NCBI RefSeq assembly: GCF_008831285.2 | Contig: NC_045138.2 | Coordinates: forward strand, 17,608,001 to 17,672,000 | Reading direction: 5' to 3' | DNA length: 64,000 nucleotides | Origin: Nymphaea colorata | Lineage: Eukaryota | Part shown: positions 27,780 through 41,195 of the stretch, piece by piece | Layout of the letters: each line of letters starts with the position of its first letter | Position numbering within the stretch: position 1 is the stretch's first letter | Translations under genes and position numbers: made by a program | Notes under the pieces: generated by a model | Databases searched by the model: none | Seen by the model: only the letters and a program-made list of their open reading frames with translations | Told to the model about the DNA's origin: nothing

Positions 27780-29460
27780 ACTTGTCCCCGAAGTAAAATA
27801 TCAAACAACATTCAAGGACAGTTTTATGACCAAGTTGCCTAGACATTACCTACGCACTCAATCTTTTATTCAGGTCGGGTGGGGAAATCTGAGAAACGTC
27901 TGGATGTTTTTATTATGGTGCCTGCTATATTATGCAACCGTTATTTGTAAGCAACCGGAATTCTAGAGGTTTATCCCTTTGTTTCTCTTAAATACCTTTT
28001 CACTCTGTTTTGGAGTGAGTTGCCAGCAAGTATCTTTTACCCTGTTTATGAGATGAAGATGGGAGGGTTTGTGAACATCCTCCGCAGGATGTAGCTGAAA
28101 AGGTGGCTTGATGTAGCTGAGAAGGTGTCTTACTTTAATCTCAGTTTCCAATTGTGGCTTCTGAGGAGTTTTGATTGAAAAAATTATGGCTTCTGATTAG
28201 TTGGCTATTCCTTCAGGTTATTCCATAAGATCCCCAGTTACCTGTGGTCTCACAAGAATTATTGCTTCTTGACAAATATAAATGTGCAATAGTTGACCCT
28301 TCATGCAATTGCTTGGTTCGTGTTTGAGTTGGATTTCAGAATATTTGGGCGGTCCATTATCGTTGAACCACCTTTGAAGGGTTAGCTTAATATGTTCAAC
28401 ATAGTTTCAGGGAATAGACTATGGCGTAAGATGCATTTTAGAAATTTCATTGAAGATTGATTTATTGCTCTTCCAGAAGAGGTTATTGAAGAATAAACTG
28501 TAATCTTGTTAATCTGAATTTGCTTTATCCCTACAAAAATGTAGAAAATTATATTACAAAAAAACTTGCAGCTTCTCCGCTAGTGATGCCGTTGTTTTCC
28601 TCTTCTCCGACAGGTTACCTACTATGGTGTTCTCTTTGTAACAGGCATATGTAAGTGGTACTTTTCATTTTGTAAATGAGATACGGTTTTGATTACACAT
28701 CTTCATGAAAAAGACATGTTGGAAGTTACAGATGAAATTGTGAATAGGGTTGAAAGAAGGAGATATCCGGCACGACTTGACTATTGCAGAGGCATCTGTG
28801 GGAATATATTTCTTAATAAAGCACTTTCTAGCTATGAATTGGTCAACAGCATGATTCATCCTAACACGAAATATGTTGTCGTGATACTCGGTGTAAATGA
28901 CCTCCAACTGCACCTTCGTGGATGTTGGTCGAGAATACAAGTGAGTTGAATGAACATACGAGCTTGTCAACTTCATGGTGTTGGACACGTTTTCTTGAAA
29001 TTGATTGGTTTCACATGTTGACCGATTCTTCTTCATGTCTGATCTCCCCTTTGCTCCAGGAAGCCTTTGACTCCATGGGATAGATGTGGATTTGGTTCTC
29101 TTTTTAACAAGCATTTAGTTAGCATTGGTATCCTCAATCATGCTTGATATAAATGTTAACAAATTGACATCATTCTAAAAAATTTTGGTACAAGACTACT
29201 TGGAACTTGGAAGTAAGCACTGCCGTAGTCCAATTGGAGAAGGACATCATTAAAAGAAATTTCACTAGGATGAAGGTGAAAATGCTGCTGTGAGATCACT
29301 CATCCCGGTTTCAGCCTGTAGCAGTTGTGCTTATAACAGACAAATTGACAAGAAGATTGAACGCCAAGTTTGGATCAGCAAGAAATCAATGGGTACCTCA
29401 AAAGGGATCTGCTTGTTCTCTGATTGCTTTGCTGACAGTGACATGATCATAATCTTGAAG
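27780..29460 (+). pseudogene. Heavily decayed pentatricopeptide-repeat (PPR) gene
   Basis: PPR-like pieces in shifting frames: DTVLITHLHEKDMLEVTDEIVNRVERRRYP and RGICGNIFLNKALSSYELVNSMIHPNTKYVVVILG (28680-28900); TTWNLEVSTAVVQLEKDIIKRNFTRMKV (from 29195); many stops; boundaries approximate. Confidence 0.5.
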
Positions 29461-29623
29461 GATAATTCAATAGCCAAAGGGGAAAATCCGGTGGTGAACT
29501 ATTGTTTGAGCAGCAGTAGACCGTTCAGTGGTCCTGAGTTCTCCAATGAACAGGAGAAAGGACTTGCAGATCCTTCAGTCTCCCCCCTCCGTCCTGAACT
29601 CCGGCGAGAGCAGCGGTGAAACC

Positions 29624-30622
29624 TTAGTTCTGAGGTTGCAAGATCTTGGTGCAATCCACAATGCAGTAGAACTGCTCCCTGGCAAGAGATCGGACAAGCT
29701 TCATGTACACACTCAACTCCACCAGCCCTTCCTGCAATGCTCTGTCCAATTTCTGCATCACGTCTTCTATGGCTAGATCAGCAGCAGAGCTCTCCAGCAC
29801 CACTCTCGACTTCCTGTCCACGCACTCGAAGATCTTCTCCACCTCCATCTCCCCGCTTCGGACCTCCTTCCTCTCTTCCAACCATTTCTGCAGGGAGTGT
29901 ATCTGTGAGTTCATCAGTCCCATCCTCTCCTCGAGCCTCAGATTCTCGTGCTCGAGCTCCTTGATCCCATCTTCCAGCCGCTTGCGGCGGTCTTCGAGGT
30001 CAGATCGCTGGTTCAACAGATCGTTGGTTTCGGCAATGACTTGCCGGCGGAAGCCGGAGATGTCGTAGATGAGCGCGAGCGCCAGCCGGTCGATGGCCTC
30101 TTGCTTCGAGACGTGAGAAGGAAGTGAGAGGCTGAAACCTGTAGTAGTGGTAGCAGCGGAGTCGTTGGTGGTGGTGGTGGGGAGGAGAGGTGAATATAGG
30201 TGGAATACGCGCTGAAGGTTGCGGACGAGGCCGACGAGGTTGGCTCGACGGTGGCACCAGGTGAGAAGGTAAGGGGTGAAGACAGCGCGGGTGGCGCTGT
30301 TCACGAAAGGGTGGTCCTCAGTTATGGCGGCGGCGGCGGTTTGAGAGACGTAGACGAGAGGGGGTCCGGAAGGGTAAGTGGGAAGGAGCCAAATGGTGAG
30401 AGGAGTGGCGGCGATGGTGCCTGTGGCGACGAGGAGGTAGAAGGTGGCGCCGTCGTCGGTGGTGAAGTGGGAGGCACGAGGGGAAAGGGAAGGGAACTCG
30501 TTGAAGAGGGAGAGGAGGTGGGAGATGATGAGCCGCTTGCACTTGTGGTCGGGGTAGCAGAGGGAGAATGGGCCACTTCCGGCGAAGGCCGTGGCTATGA
30601 ACTGCGCTGCAGATGGAGCCAT
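29624..30622 (-). CDS. VPS23: ELC-like / VPS23 (TSG101) ESCRT-I subunit, copy 1; intronless, 332 aa
   Basis: UEV domain (IWLLPTYPSGPPLVYV...DHPFV), coiled coil and steadiness box (SAADLAIEDVMQKLDRALQEGLVELSVYMKLVRSLAREQF). Confidence 0.9.
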   Translation of the reverse strand: MAPSAAQFIATAFAGSGPFSLCYPDHKCKRLIISHLLSLFNEFPSLSPRASHFTTDDGATFYLLVATGTIAATPLTIWLLPTYPSGPPLVYVSQTAAAAITEDHPFVNSATRAVFTPYLLTWCHRRANLVGLVRNLQRVFHLYSPLLPTTTTNDSAATTTTGFSLSLPSHVSKQEAIDRLALALIYDISGFRRQVIAETNDLLNQRSDLEDRRKRLEDGIKELEHENLRLEERMGLMNSQIHSLQKWLEERKEVRSGEMEVEKIFECVDRKSRVVLESSAADLAIEDVMQKLDRALQEGLVELSVYMKLVRSLAREQFYCIVDCTKILQPQN

Positions 30623-32737
30623 GGCTCTCAGAGAGAGAGAGAGGTGCCATATGGTAGTAACGTGGGAAAATTTTTAAAGGGAGATGCTCTGCAACTACTG
30701 ACCACCAACCTCTACCGACTCCACGCTTCTGCGATACCAAGCTTAGTTTATCGTCTGCAACAGGTTTTAGATGAAGTTTGCTTAAAAAAACATGACTGCT
30801 CTCGTTTACAATTGATTGCGTCAATGTTAAGAAAGTTGAATTTTATATCGAATGGGCAAAGCTATGCGCTATCTGCTAATTCAGCAACTCAGCTGAATCG
30901 CTTGGAAATTAATTAATATATTTATTCTTAATTAAATAAATAATGATAAAAGTTTAACTAAGAATTAGACTATTCAAAAACGTGCAAAACATAACGATTA
31001 CTGAATCGAATTAAATAAAAGCCAATTCAGGCGAATTTCTTGTAACACCGAAGTTCAGAATGCAAGAAGAGTCCAGTGCTGCCATTAAATTTTCAAAGTA
31101 AATCTCTTTTTAAGTGCACAGTGACCCGGTCGGCCCCTCTCCTCCGAAGTTCCGTATCCATCATTTCATCCTAAGTTTATGATTGACCCTCCCAACGGAT
31201 TGATTCATCATGGTTTATTTCTGGACTTTTCTCGGATTCAAAAAGATGCGCGACAGTTCGTCGAAACAAGAGAAGCACACGCTTTTTGTGAAAAAATACG
31301 ATATGGTGGTCGACTAGTAAGAAATTACACAATTGAATCTCTTTTAGGCTTTCTAATTTTTACTCGATGCGTAAATATGAGCATTGAATGAATGCAAGAA
31401 CAGAATTCCGATTTTATATAAATCAATATTGAATAGACAGGCAATGGGCTTAAGTCGTTCCACTTTGGGACGGCTTTTTGTTTTTTCAAGATTTGTGAAA
31501 CTTAGAGCGTGAAATTGATAATGCAGTCTTGTTTTTTGAAAAACAACAAATCTCAGATTCAATACATTTCTTGGTTTTCTTTAACTACTTATTTGTTTAA
31601 AAATTATCTCTAATGTGTTATGAATATTTCGATGTACGTTATCTGAGGGTCACCAACAATTAGACCTTACGAAATTTACCACAATTAGTTGGTAGTGTCA
31701 AACCACTTTCTTTCATCAAATTTCTGTCCGTATCAATGTTATATCCTTACAAGACATTAAAATTAGAAGAAACCCGTTCGGACCCAGTTCAGATCCACCA
31801 TTTACCACAAACTATCTTATTTGAATCTCTCCTGTGACTGGTATAAGATCTGTCTAACTGCATATGACAAACCCACTTTGGATTCGGTTCTCTTTGAACC
31901 CGTTTGGTAAATATAACTGTTTTATAAATCTACCTTTGAAGTTGAGCACATTCATGAAACACTTTTTAAGTGTTTTATGGATTTATTTGTTGAGCTTCCC
32001 CGCTTTCTCATTTGATGGCCCGGAAATTCATGTAGGCAGTGGATTTTTCTCTTATTTTGGATCCAAACGAAGGGCTAATTTATCCGGTAAGCACTTGTGC
32101 AGAAAACATGGATTTTTTATCCGTGAGAAAAGAGTCGGTTCTTGAGGGATCGAATCGACTTGTTTCCTTGGATTTATTGTCTGCCCTGAGGCATCCACTG
32201 GAACCGTGGACCGTCTGTCAGCGTAGCTGCAGCATACCTACGCCTTCGACCTCCACCTCGCTCTCAGGCGCGTTCGGAGCAGAACAGCCTCGCCGTTCTC
32301 TCCCGCAAGGTAGGCGTCACTTCTCCTCTATCTTTCTCTCGCGTTCGGCTCTTTGTGTTTGTTGAAGATCATCCTCTGCCTCTCTCTCTCTCTCTCTTTC
32401 CATTCCTCTCCCTATATCTGCTGATGGTCATCCATGCCTCTTCACTCTCTCTCCCTGTCTTATGGGCGGGAGTGGCAGGCCGTTGAGGTCTGCCCGATTC
32501 TTTGGAATCAGATTCATGTGAAGAGTCAGATAAGGGTTTCTCTTCAGAGCTGCTGGAGTATTGTTGGTCCCTGTTTTTGGTTGCAGAGAAATCATATGTA
32601 GCATATACAAGGAGAAGGGGGAGGCTGCATTCATTCTTCTGGTCGATCCAGGCTTTAGCTGCTGCATCTCTGTCCCGCCGGCAGCCTAACATCGGGGAAC
32701 CACCTCATAACTATTGCCTCGGGCTACCTGAGAGAGT

Positions 32738-35700
32738 ATGCAGAGTCTAAGGAGCAAGGCGAGCGTCGTATGGCGCCTTCAACCACCATTCTCCCTCTTA
32801 ATCTCACGGTCGAAAACAACCTCATCCTTCTCTGATAGAAATGGGGGAAGAGTGGCAGATGCTTTCAACAATACTAGCGACAGCAACGAGTGGAATGAGG
32901 CCTGGGAGTCCTCTTGGTTGCCAGAGGACGTCGTGGCGCAGAGCAGGGCCCCCTGGGAGGTTGATGTCCACGCTGACTTCACCGCCGCCGAGCAACCTGT
33001 TGTCTTTCCTTCCCAGCTCGACTCAGATACCAGGGCCTTCGTGGAAGAGATGAGCGAGAATTGGAATCAGCGTCGGGGCTCCAAGAAGCCTGTAGAGAGG
33101 TCGGCGCCTCCAGGTTTCACACTATCGGAGAAAGACCCATTGAAGGACTACAGGATTCGGAAGCAGGCAGTCCATGCTGCTTTGTGGATGAAGGAGATAG
33201 AGAAGGAGCTAGAGGCGAAGCTGGGGACGCCCGCTGGCCGTGATGACATTGACAAGCTGCTCGATAGCTGCTCTGAGTGAGTTCTCTCCTATTTTCGTTC
33301 TTGTTTCCTTTCGTTGATGTTGGCTTTTGTCAGGGTTTTGGTGGATTTGGCAATGAGTGGCCTGTGTAACGATTTGAGTCTCTTATTGCTTTGTACCTGG
33401 TGCGAGTGACTTCTTTTGCTGGTGTAGGTGGTTCTAGTTCTTTGCACTTCTTGGAGGGTTATAATGTTGTTCCTTAGTTATTGCGTTTTTTTATCGTAAG
33501 TTGGTGCATTTTCGTGAACTAGCTGGTCAATTTTCTGTCTTATGTTCATTTTTATTTTACTTCTTTTTGGTGCTTTTCCTATCTTCCTTAATTCGTTTGT
33601 TGATTTTTATTTAGTTGCCCACGGTATTTGTGGTCCTCGCGTAGGTAAGGAGCACCGGTTGGCTTATTTTTCATGCAATACTTGTGTTAGCAAGCTCAAG
33701 CTTGAACGCGTATTTGTGTCTGTTTATCAGTTTGTTTCAGTGAATAAAGCATTAGGTCATGAAAACAATGAGATACTATCTCTAGCTATTTAGAGACTCG
33801 CGTGTGGCAATATGCATAATTCTACTGATTTATATGCGCCACCGTGAATGCCCAACTGATGGATCAGCCTGGAGTGAAATCTGACAAGAAGTATTGATAT
33901 TTAAGAAGATTACAAGAATGATCTTGTGATTCTTATTTGATTTTTTGCTACTTATTATGCCAAAAGGTTCACTGTATTGCAACTTACTTTGCACTATTTG
34001 AAACCTTCCTCTTGTGTGGTTTCCTGGCGGGATGTGATTGCTGTGACGCTGCAGGTTTGAAAGTTTCACATCCTTCAAATGATTCAGGATTGTTGAAGCC
34101 CAAGTTGACCATTGGTATGGATGGCAAGATTAGTCTAGATTCCTGTGTTATGTTTGTTTCCCTCTCTCCATCACAGCATGATAGAGTTTATATTATGTCG
34201 TTTGTCATCTTATTGTTATAGCCTAGACACTCCTGAAGGGTAGAACAACCTTGTCGACAAGGTTCGACGGGGACCAGGGTGCAGGTACAGGACAGGGCTT
34301 GGATATGGTTTAGACTCATAGTTTGTATTTTTTGGGCATATTTTAATTTTTAGTACTTCTGTTAATAATCTATATTTCTAGACATGTATGTAATACACAC
34401 ACACACAAATGCTGCACCTGTATCCACACCCATGTAAGATTGGTTCTAGTTTCTAATATCAAGAGGCCAGTATAACAGCTTGTAAGCACTTTTTTTTTGT
34501 GTCAGAACACTATTGTCGTTACTGGCTTATGAACAACGTACCATGCTGAGCGCCTTCTTTGCCTGTGCCCATACACCTTCTGAACACATCGGATCACCCA
34601 TTAAATTGTTATGTTGATGTCATTTTCTGCAACCTGCCAATGGATTTTGGGTGATGATGTTTCATTTCAACTTTTAAGCCAATGTGCACCTTTAGGCATG
34701 GTGGTAATTTCCACTAAGTCACTCCACCAGCAAACTATCCTCCATGTCACATAGGTGTTGGTGCAAATGTGGAAGCTGATGCTGGGTCTTCAGAGGTGAA
34801 GCAGATTGATATTATTATAGACATGAAAGTATATAATGCTAAACTAGTGAACCAACAAAGACATGATATCACATAAGGAACTAATTGACGAAGTAAAAAG
34901 GTTTGAGATAGCAAAATTGTGCAATGGTTAACAAGATATCAACAAAGACAAGCAAAAATATAGAAATGTGAAGAGATCAATGTTCAAATATAACATTATT
35001 AAGACAATCAAGTTCATGGCTCTTTTGTTCCATTATTATCATCAATGCTTTCAATGTCATCAGATCACCAACAGTACCAAAATCATCAAAAGAAGAAATA
35101 ACAGCATTGTCTAAACCCATGTTAGAGTGTGAAATCAAGCTCCCTATTGAAGTCAAATTCTTGTGGGCCTACATTACAAAACTTGGATGATCAATAACAC
35201 CAAAAGGTGAAGTTATGCACTATATCACATAATGAATCCAGTGTAAAACAAGAAACGTAATAAAATTAATAAACCAATAAATATATTACATAAATTTTTC
35301 TGCGAAATTACTCACAAATTAGAGGGGACGAAAACTCGATCCTCTGCATGTAGTGAGCCGTTCTTAATGTCATGTATCAGAGTACATATGCTCAACTTCT
35401 TTTACAACATGAAGATGTGGTAGGGTAATATAAAAATGTTGTTGGAATTTAATAATTTTAATCTGTTCACTGGAATATGTAATGTGAATGGCTTCATTTA
35501 ATCTTCTTCCTCTAATTATCGTTTTATGGTCTTAGAACTGTGATATCTATGATATGATATTATACTTGCGATGCTGAGATCTCAAGTTCTCATTGGATGT
35601 AGGATATTTGACCAAGGGAGCAATGAAATTAAAGGTTACGAGGTTCCCAGTACATCCCAGTTCAACAATAAGCCTGAAGGATGGGAATCCACTTCAAAAC

Positions 35701-36043
35701 CTCAAGATGGTAATGTGTTCAATCTGACACAAAAGGAAGATGATATTCTCCTCCAAGAATTCGAAAGGCGAATTGCTTTTACAAAGTTTCAGGTATACGT
35801 CCTCTCTCAACAAGTGTTTTTCTCTCATTTCTTCTTTGAAGAATAAACAGCACTATCACTTCTACCAACGCATTTTAACTGCTTTTCTTTCTACAGGTTG
35901 TAAGTTTTATCAAGTCTCATATATTTAGCCGTAGGAGGCCGGTGGATGGATGGAAATACATGATTGAAGAGTTGGGTCCAAATGCCAAAAGTGGTAAAGG
36001 TAGTATGGCGAGACTGCCAAGTTCGCCTGTACCACCAAATTAA
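32738..36043 (+). CDS. GCD1: GAMETE CELL DEFECTIVE 1, mitochondrial; exons 32738-33276, 35603-35792, 35897-36043; 5'-UTR exon ends 32309
   Basis: Mitochondrial presequence, WNEAWESSWLPED, DYRIRKQAVHAALWMKEIEK, DDIDKLLDSCSE|IFD, QEFERRIAF.KFQ|..FIKSHIFSRRRPVDGWKYMIEELGPNAK. Confidence 0.9.
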
Positions 36044-36516
36044 TCTTTGGGAAAGAAGGTTGTAATGAAGATGCATACAAAGGGCGGTAGTTCTTTGTTT
36101 TGTAATGTAATGAATGCTTTACATTCCCTATCTTTTTTTCTTGAAATAATACATTCTCTGTATCATCCTCTCATAGAGCACTTTAGGAAGCTAGAGAGCG
36201 GGAGACTTGATTCAGGGTCTTCATCTTATTCCTCTTCATCATCCTCCTCTTCACTACAGGTATCCTTACAGGTCCATCCGTTTCACCTTACTGTGTTGCC
36301 CAGAAACGAAAGCCTTCATATGATTGTCATTATACTCTCTTTAGTATACCAACAGCTTTTGAACAGCTACATTGTGCGACCCAAGTTGCTCAGCAATACA
36401 ACCAGTTGGTGGCCACCCAAGATACTTTTTATGTTTCAGCATCTAAATCACTTCTTACCTGCCTCCCACTTCATGTGTGGCTTCTATTCCCTGATAGCAC
36501 CAATCTTATGAGATCA

Positions 36517-36558
<42 letters not shown>

Positions 36559-38539
36559 TGTGTGGAGCTGTGTATACTGTCTTTTTTATAAAGAGATTCA
36601 GCCTTGTGTATACTGTCTTTTTTTATGAGGAGATTCGATGCCATTTTCTAGTTTTGTTTAATGCCCAAGGATCATCCCACAAGCACCCCACTTAATAGGT
36701 CTTTTTTTTCAAGGTTTTTTTTTTTCGACATCAAGTAAGCCATGAACTTCACTAAATGCAATGTCAGTCCTGGGGAGAACCATTGATGCACATAAATCAC
36801 GTATCTTGAGTATCAAATTGTTGATTTCCTTCAAGAAGGGCTTTTCGGTGAGTGAAATCCATCCGAAGAAAAGCTGAAGCTCGCCTATATGTGCCTCCGC
36901 CACTGTGAGCGGACTGCCACTCCATCATCTGTCCACGGATAGCTTGTCCCAAACTGGTTGCTGCTGCTGTTACTGTTGCTTGGTTGAACCTCTGGTTGCT
37001 TTTCTCTGCACCCAACACATCAGATATTTGAGTGGCGGCAGAAGTTTTAAAATATCAGACGTCAACAAGAACTTATCAAATTGAATAGATTGTATATGGA
37101 AATAGAATGATCCTTTTGTCAAGAGAGAATGCAAATAGGATAACTAAATCATGATGATTTCATCAAATGATAATATACACTTCTTCCTGTTAAAAATAAC
37201 AATCAAAATATCTTTCTCTTTTTTGTTTATTTTGGGCAGTGTTCTCACCTTTTATACGTATAACTGATATAATCATACGACCACTTTAAAACAGAGGTTT
37301 ATGGTAGATGAAGTAATGGGCAGATAAAGCTCCAGTATCTAGCCATCGTTCCCAACGTTCAAATCCCAACACGGACATCCACCTACCAGCCTGCTCCGTC
37401 CAAAAAAATGGAAAAAGAATGAAGAGCCACCTACTTCCACATGGGAAGAGCTGACATATAATTTCCCTTTCCTACATAAATCTACAGGTGATAGAAGTCG
37501 CTGTTGCCACAGGAACTGTCTGAAATAAAAGAAAACACATGTTAACTTTGTTCAGTAATGAAGTATGCCTGATTACTGAATCGATATTTGTCATGCAATT
37601 TCATAGGCAAATTCAAATCTAAATGATATCTAATTAGGTCCAGTACGTATCCAACCCGTTCATATAATTGTCACAACTAATGCCTTTAAAGTACAATTCT
37701 ATTTAAAAGCAATTGCTCAAATTGAATCTAAGTTCGATTACTTAAAATCCACTTATGTTCTATTTGCTAAGGCTGCTCCAACCTGAATCCGAACTTGAAA
37801 ATCTCAGGTCCAAACGCTACCCATTATGGTCATATGACATCCGATAAAATTGTAACAACCTGAATCTGTACTGTTCATGGCCCCCCTGATATCTAATCAG
37901 GTGAACGTGGTTTAGCTTATATAAGAAGCTAGCAAAAGCCTCTGAAGGAGAATTTAGATTATTACCCATGCATTTGCCAGACCAGCTCTTGATTTTGCTC
38001 AATTGAGGTTAAGACATGCCTTATAAGACAAAGTCTCTCTATACAGGAGATAATACTTTGTTCCTGGGGTTTGAGCTTGCCATTTGGAAAGTCAATGGCT
38101 GATAGTAGCATCCACCAAAGTTTTCTTGATGTAGAGAAAGAGGAAGACCAACTTAATTAAGGAGAAGGTCAGCATTTTTCCGTTTTGAGTCTGTCCCATT
38201 GGTAACACAAACGCAGTCCTTTTCATTCTTGGAACACCGGGAACAGGTCTTCCAAACATTGTTGCTGTAATGGAAGAATTAGCACTTCTTAGTTTAAGCC
38301 TGACAAAGCTTGAAATACTTGACCCCTCCGCCAATGAGTTCCTGTAGGTTTTAATCAAACACAATGACCAAGCTCTTAAGCTTGGTACCCCTCTCTTCAT
38401 CTTGTTTGCTAGTCCACCATGCTCCATGCAAGCTTTGTTGCAGATATTTTATTGAAGTGGCCAACAGATGCCAAATACGTTGGAGCATAATCCCACAATG
38501 CTAGAAGCCAAACAAATAGTATAAAAGACTAGAGAAAGA

Positions 38540-38693
38540 TCGCTGTTTGGCATTAGGAACAAGGTGTGGCTGTTGTATGAATCTGCTTCAAAATTGAAGA
38601 AAGTGCATGGAATACTTGAACAATTGTCTTATATGAATCTTGAGGTAGATTCATGGAACATTCACATGTTGTTCCTAATGCCAAACGACACCT
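38540..38693. mobile_element. Tourist-like MITE / foldback
   Basis: Perfect 18-bp inverted repeat GTTTGGCATTAGGAACAA (38545-38562) / TTGTTCCTAATGCCAAAC (38669-38686). Confidence 0.7.
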
Positions 38694-38769
38694 AAGGTAC
38701 GAAAGAAGCCGTCAACAGAAAAGAAAGAAAAGAATAGTTCCAGTGGTATCCCACGCTGTATTCGGATGT

Positions 38770-39300
38770 AAACGTTCTTCAAAAATGACCTTCACCATCT
38801 AAAGTTCTGAGAAAATTTTGCTATATACTAATCTGGTAATGAAATTTGCTGAGCATATCATTCCTCAAAATCTTGTCCCATCCCTTTGTTTACTTATTAC
38901 AACCCATATTGAGATGTGGAGTCGAGAAGTTCATGGATATCCTAGTTACGTTCTTTTTTCTCCGTAAGGATGGTTCACTGTAGTCTTCTTCTGAAGCTAT
39001 TATATGTTGAATGAGTTGCACTTGGGACTTAGATGCCAAGACATCACACCTCTTCACAAAACTTCAATTTTGTGGGAGAAAATAACAGCTGTTTCTGTGC
39101 ATGTGATTCTCCCTATTATCCTTTGTTGGTTGTCTTCAACACGGCATTAAATCAATTGGAACAGACTGCGATACTTGTCCACAGATGCTTGCTGATTTCT
39201 TTATGATGAATCTTATGCACAAAAGATAAAAACTCAGTTGTATGGACCAATTTCTTGTATCGTTTTAGTGACTGTGATGGCATTTCTTCGGATGTGCTTG
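38770..39300 (-). mobile_element. Possible decayed hAT transposase (DUF659-type) remnant
   Basis: Colinear fragments TIQEIGPYN (~39263-39237), DKYRSLF (~39179-39159) and LRTLDGEG (~38811-38788) echo hAT motifs IEEVGPEN, EKYPSLF and LRLVDGE. Confidence 0.35.
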
Positions 39301-39712
39301 AAAAATCAAAATGCATCATGCCCTGGTTTGTGTTGCATCTTCACGTGAACGATGAATAGCAAATACGATATCTTGCAGTCTTACATTCAATATTTTCACA
39401 TGCTTCGCTTAAAATATTATACTGAAAACATCTCGTGTATAAAATTGTTTTATATATCTTGATCCTATGAAAAATGAAGACAAAATTATAAAAAACCGTC
39501 CACCAAAAGAGAAAATCAAAAATGGGCACTTACGTTTTTGAGAAATTCACAGATTGCCATGAGCAAACAATCTTAAGTGGTTCTTTATAATTTTTTTTAA
39601 AATAAATAAATTTAAAAAAAATGATTTGGAAATAAGATCAAAGACAAAAAGAGTGAGAGAGGAAAAAGATGGAGGAAGGAAGAGGGATAATTACGAGTTC
39701 AACTTGGTTTTC

Positions 39713-39827
39713 ATAACCGATGAGGACAACTTTAATCTCAAGATCAACATTCTTTAATACCATCAAAATAACCGATGAGGACAACTTTAATCTCAAGATC
39801 AACATTCTTCAATACCATCAAAATAAC
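39713..39827. repeat. 55-bp tandem duplication, nearly identical copies
   Basis: ATAACCGATGAGGACAACTTTAATCTCAAGATCAACATTCTT(T/C)AATACCATCAAA x2. Confidence 0.92.
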
Positions 39828-40135
39828 ACGCTTCAAAATTTAAAGATGGTTTCCAACCTGACTCGTTGCACTACTCATTATTTGAAGAGAGAAAAAAAAA
39901 GATTGATCATTAGAATATAAAGCGCATCTCGGAGCCAAGGAGGGTCCACATGGGCCCTGGCCCCACCTCAAAAAAACTTTTTAAAAAAACTTTACATGTG
40001 CATTTTAGAAAATTTTACTTATCTTATATTAATTTTTTTAAAAATGATGTTTTGGCCCGTGTCAAAATTTATAAACTTTAATTCAGCTCTTGTCATGAAA
40101 AATGTTTAGCTCTGCCCCTATCGTTCACCTTCACC

Positions 40136-40323
40136 CAGGGGCGGAGGGAAAGGGGGGCCTGCCCATAGCCCCACCTCAGCTAATGAAATTTTTTTTATAT
40201 TAAAAAAAAATAATATTATTTAATTGCGTAGTGTATTTTTTGTATTAGAATTCATTTTGGCCCTACCCTAATCCAGAGGCCAGACTGCCGCCTGCCCCTG
40301 AAGAAAAACCTGGCTCTGCCTTG
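40136..40323. mobile_element. hAT-type MITE (CAGGGGCGGAG family); an older relative is adjacent at ~39925-40120
   Basis: 8-bp TSD CCTTCACC (40128-40135, 40324-40331); TIRs CAGGGGCGGAG / CTCTGCCTTG. Confidence 0.82.
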
Positions 40324-40939
40324 CCTTCACCTACATCAATTTGATACGGCTGTTTGCGATTGATCGTAGAAAGTTGGGCACCTCTTTGATGAACTTCAAA
40401 GTTGAGCACCTCTGATGAACTTCAGTTGGGCAGCGATTTGTTCATCTCTCATTTGTCGGGAGATTTTTTGTAATTCTTGGAAAAAAAAATCACGACTTAA
40501 AAAATATTCAACCAGTCGAATGGATAGACTCAAGGGCCGAATTCCATATCTGCCTTTCACTAGTCATGCATTAAATAAAGCCGTGAAATTAGAGGCCATG
40601 CATGCATTATTATGAAAAGGACGCCTCTGGAACATATCCGGGCGGCTAAGAAACTAATTTGCCGGGCAAATGCCCCGGTGATGAACATTTTTAATTTCTA
40701 ATAGCATTTCTTTGTTTAATTTATGGATTTATTTAATTGTCAATTAGCTTACACTTGGGGAGGACCTGACCAACGTCAAGGAATTTGAATTATTGCAAGC
40801 ACTTATAAAATCGGGCCTGCAGAAATAAAATCCACAAAATGACATGTTAGAATAAGTAGGTCCGTCTTTTGCATGTGGTCCAACTTAAGCTATCTCCCTC
40901 TATATATATATATATATATATATATATTTCGATTTTTTT

Positions 40940-41195
40940 TAGAGAGACAAAACTCTCCCTCATTGCACCATTAAAACAATTTTTATCGGCTCATATCGGG
41001 TGAGCGAAAGGGTCAATCCCACCGTTCGAAGCAAAACCCGAAGGCCCCCCCCATTCCCCCGGCCTTCGGCGTCCTGAGCTGCATCGGTATCAGTGATAGA
41101 ACGAGACACCATTCAACTTAGATGCTGTGCCCTATCGCCTTAAGACACAGAAACATAGCGCCCATGAGAATTGAACTAGAGACCTGCTTTTTACA
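40940..41195 (-). mobile_element. SINE-like element, same family as 13163-13385
   Basis: Minus strand TCTCTAGTTCAATTCTCATGGGCGCT...GTCTTAAG...ATGCAGCTC aligns with 13259-13357; ends in an A-run plus (TA)n. Confidence 0.55.

Noticed and set aside
30200..30916. 238-aa plus-strand ORF and similar ORFs overlapping the VPS23 and DUF506 genes (e.g. 42639-43367, 52173-52619)
   Set aside because: Antisense or alternate-frame shadows of GC-rich coding sequence
36260..36268. GTATCCTTA resembling a U12 5' splice site
   Set aside because: Downstream of the GCD1 stop, with no U12 branch point or partner exon identified
38150..38275. Minus-strand peptide WKTCSRCSKNEKDCVC (Cys cluster) and nearby acceptor-like sites at 37520 and 37007
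   Set aside because: Could not be assembled into a coherent gene model
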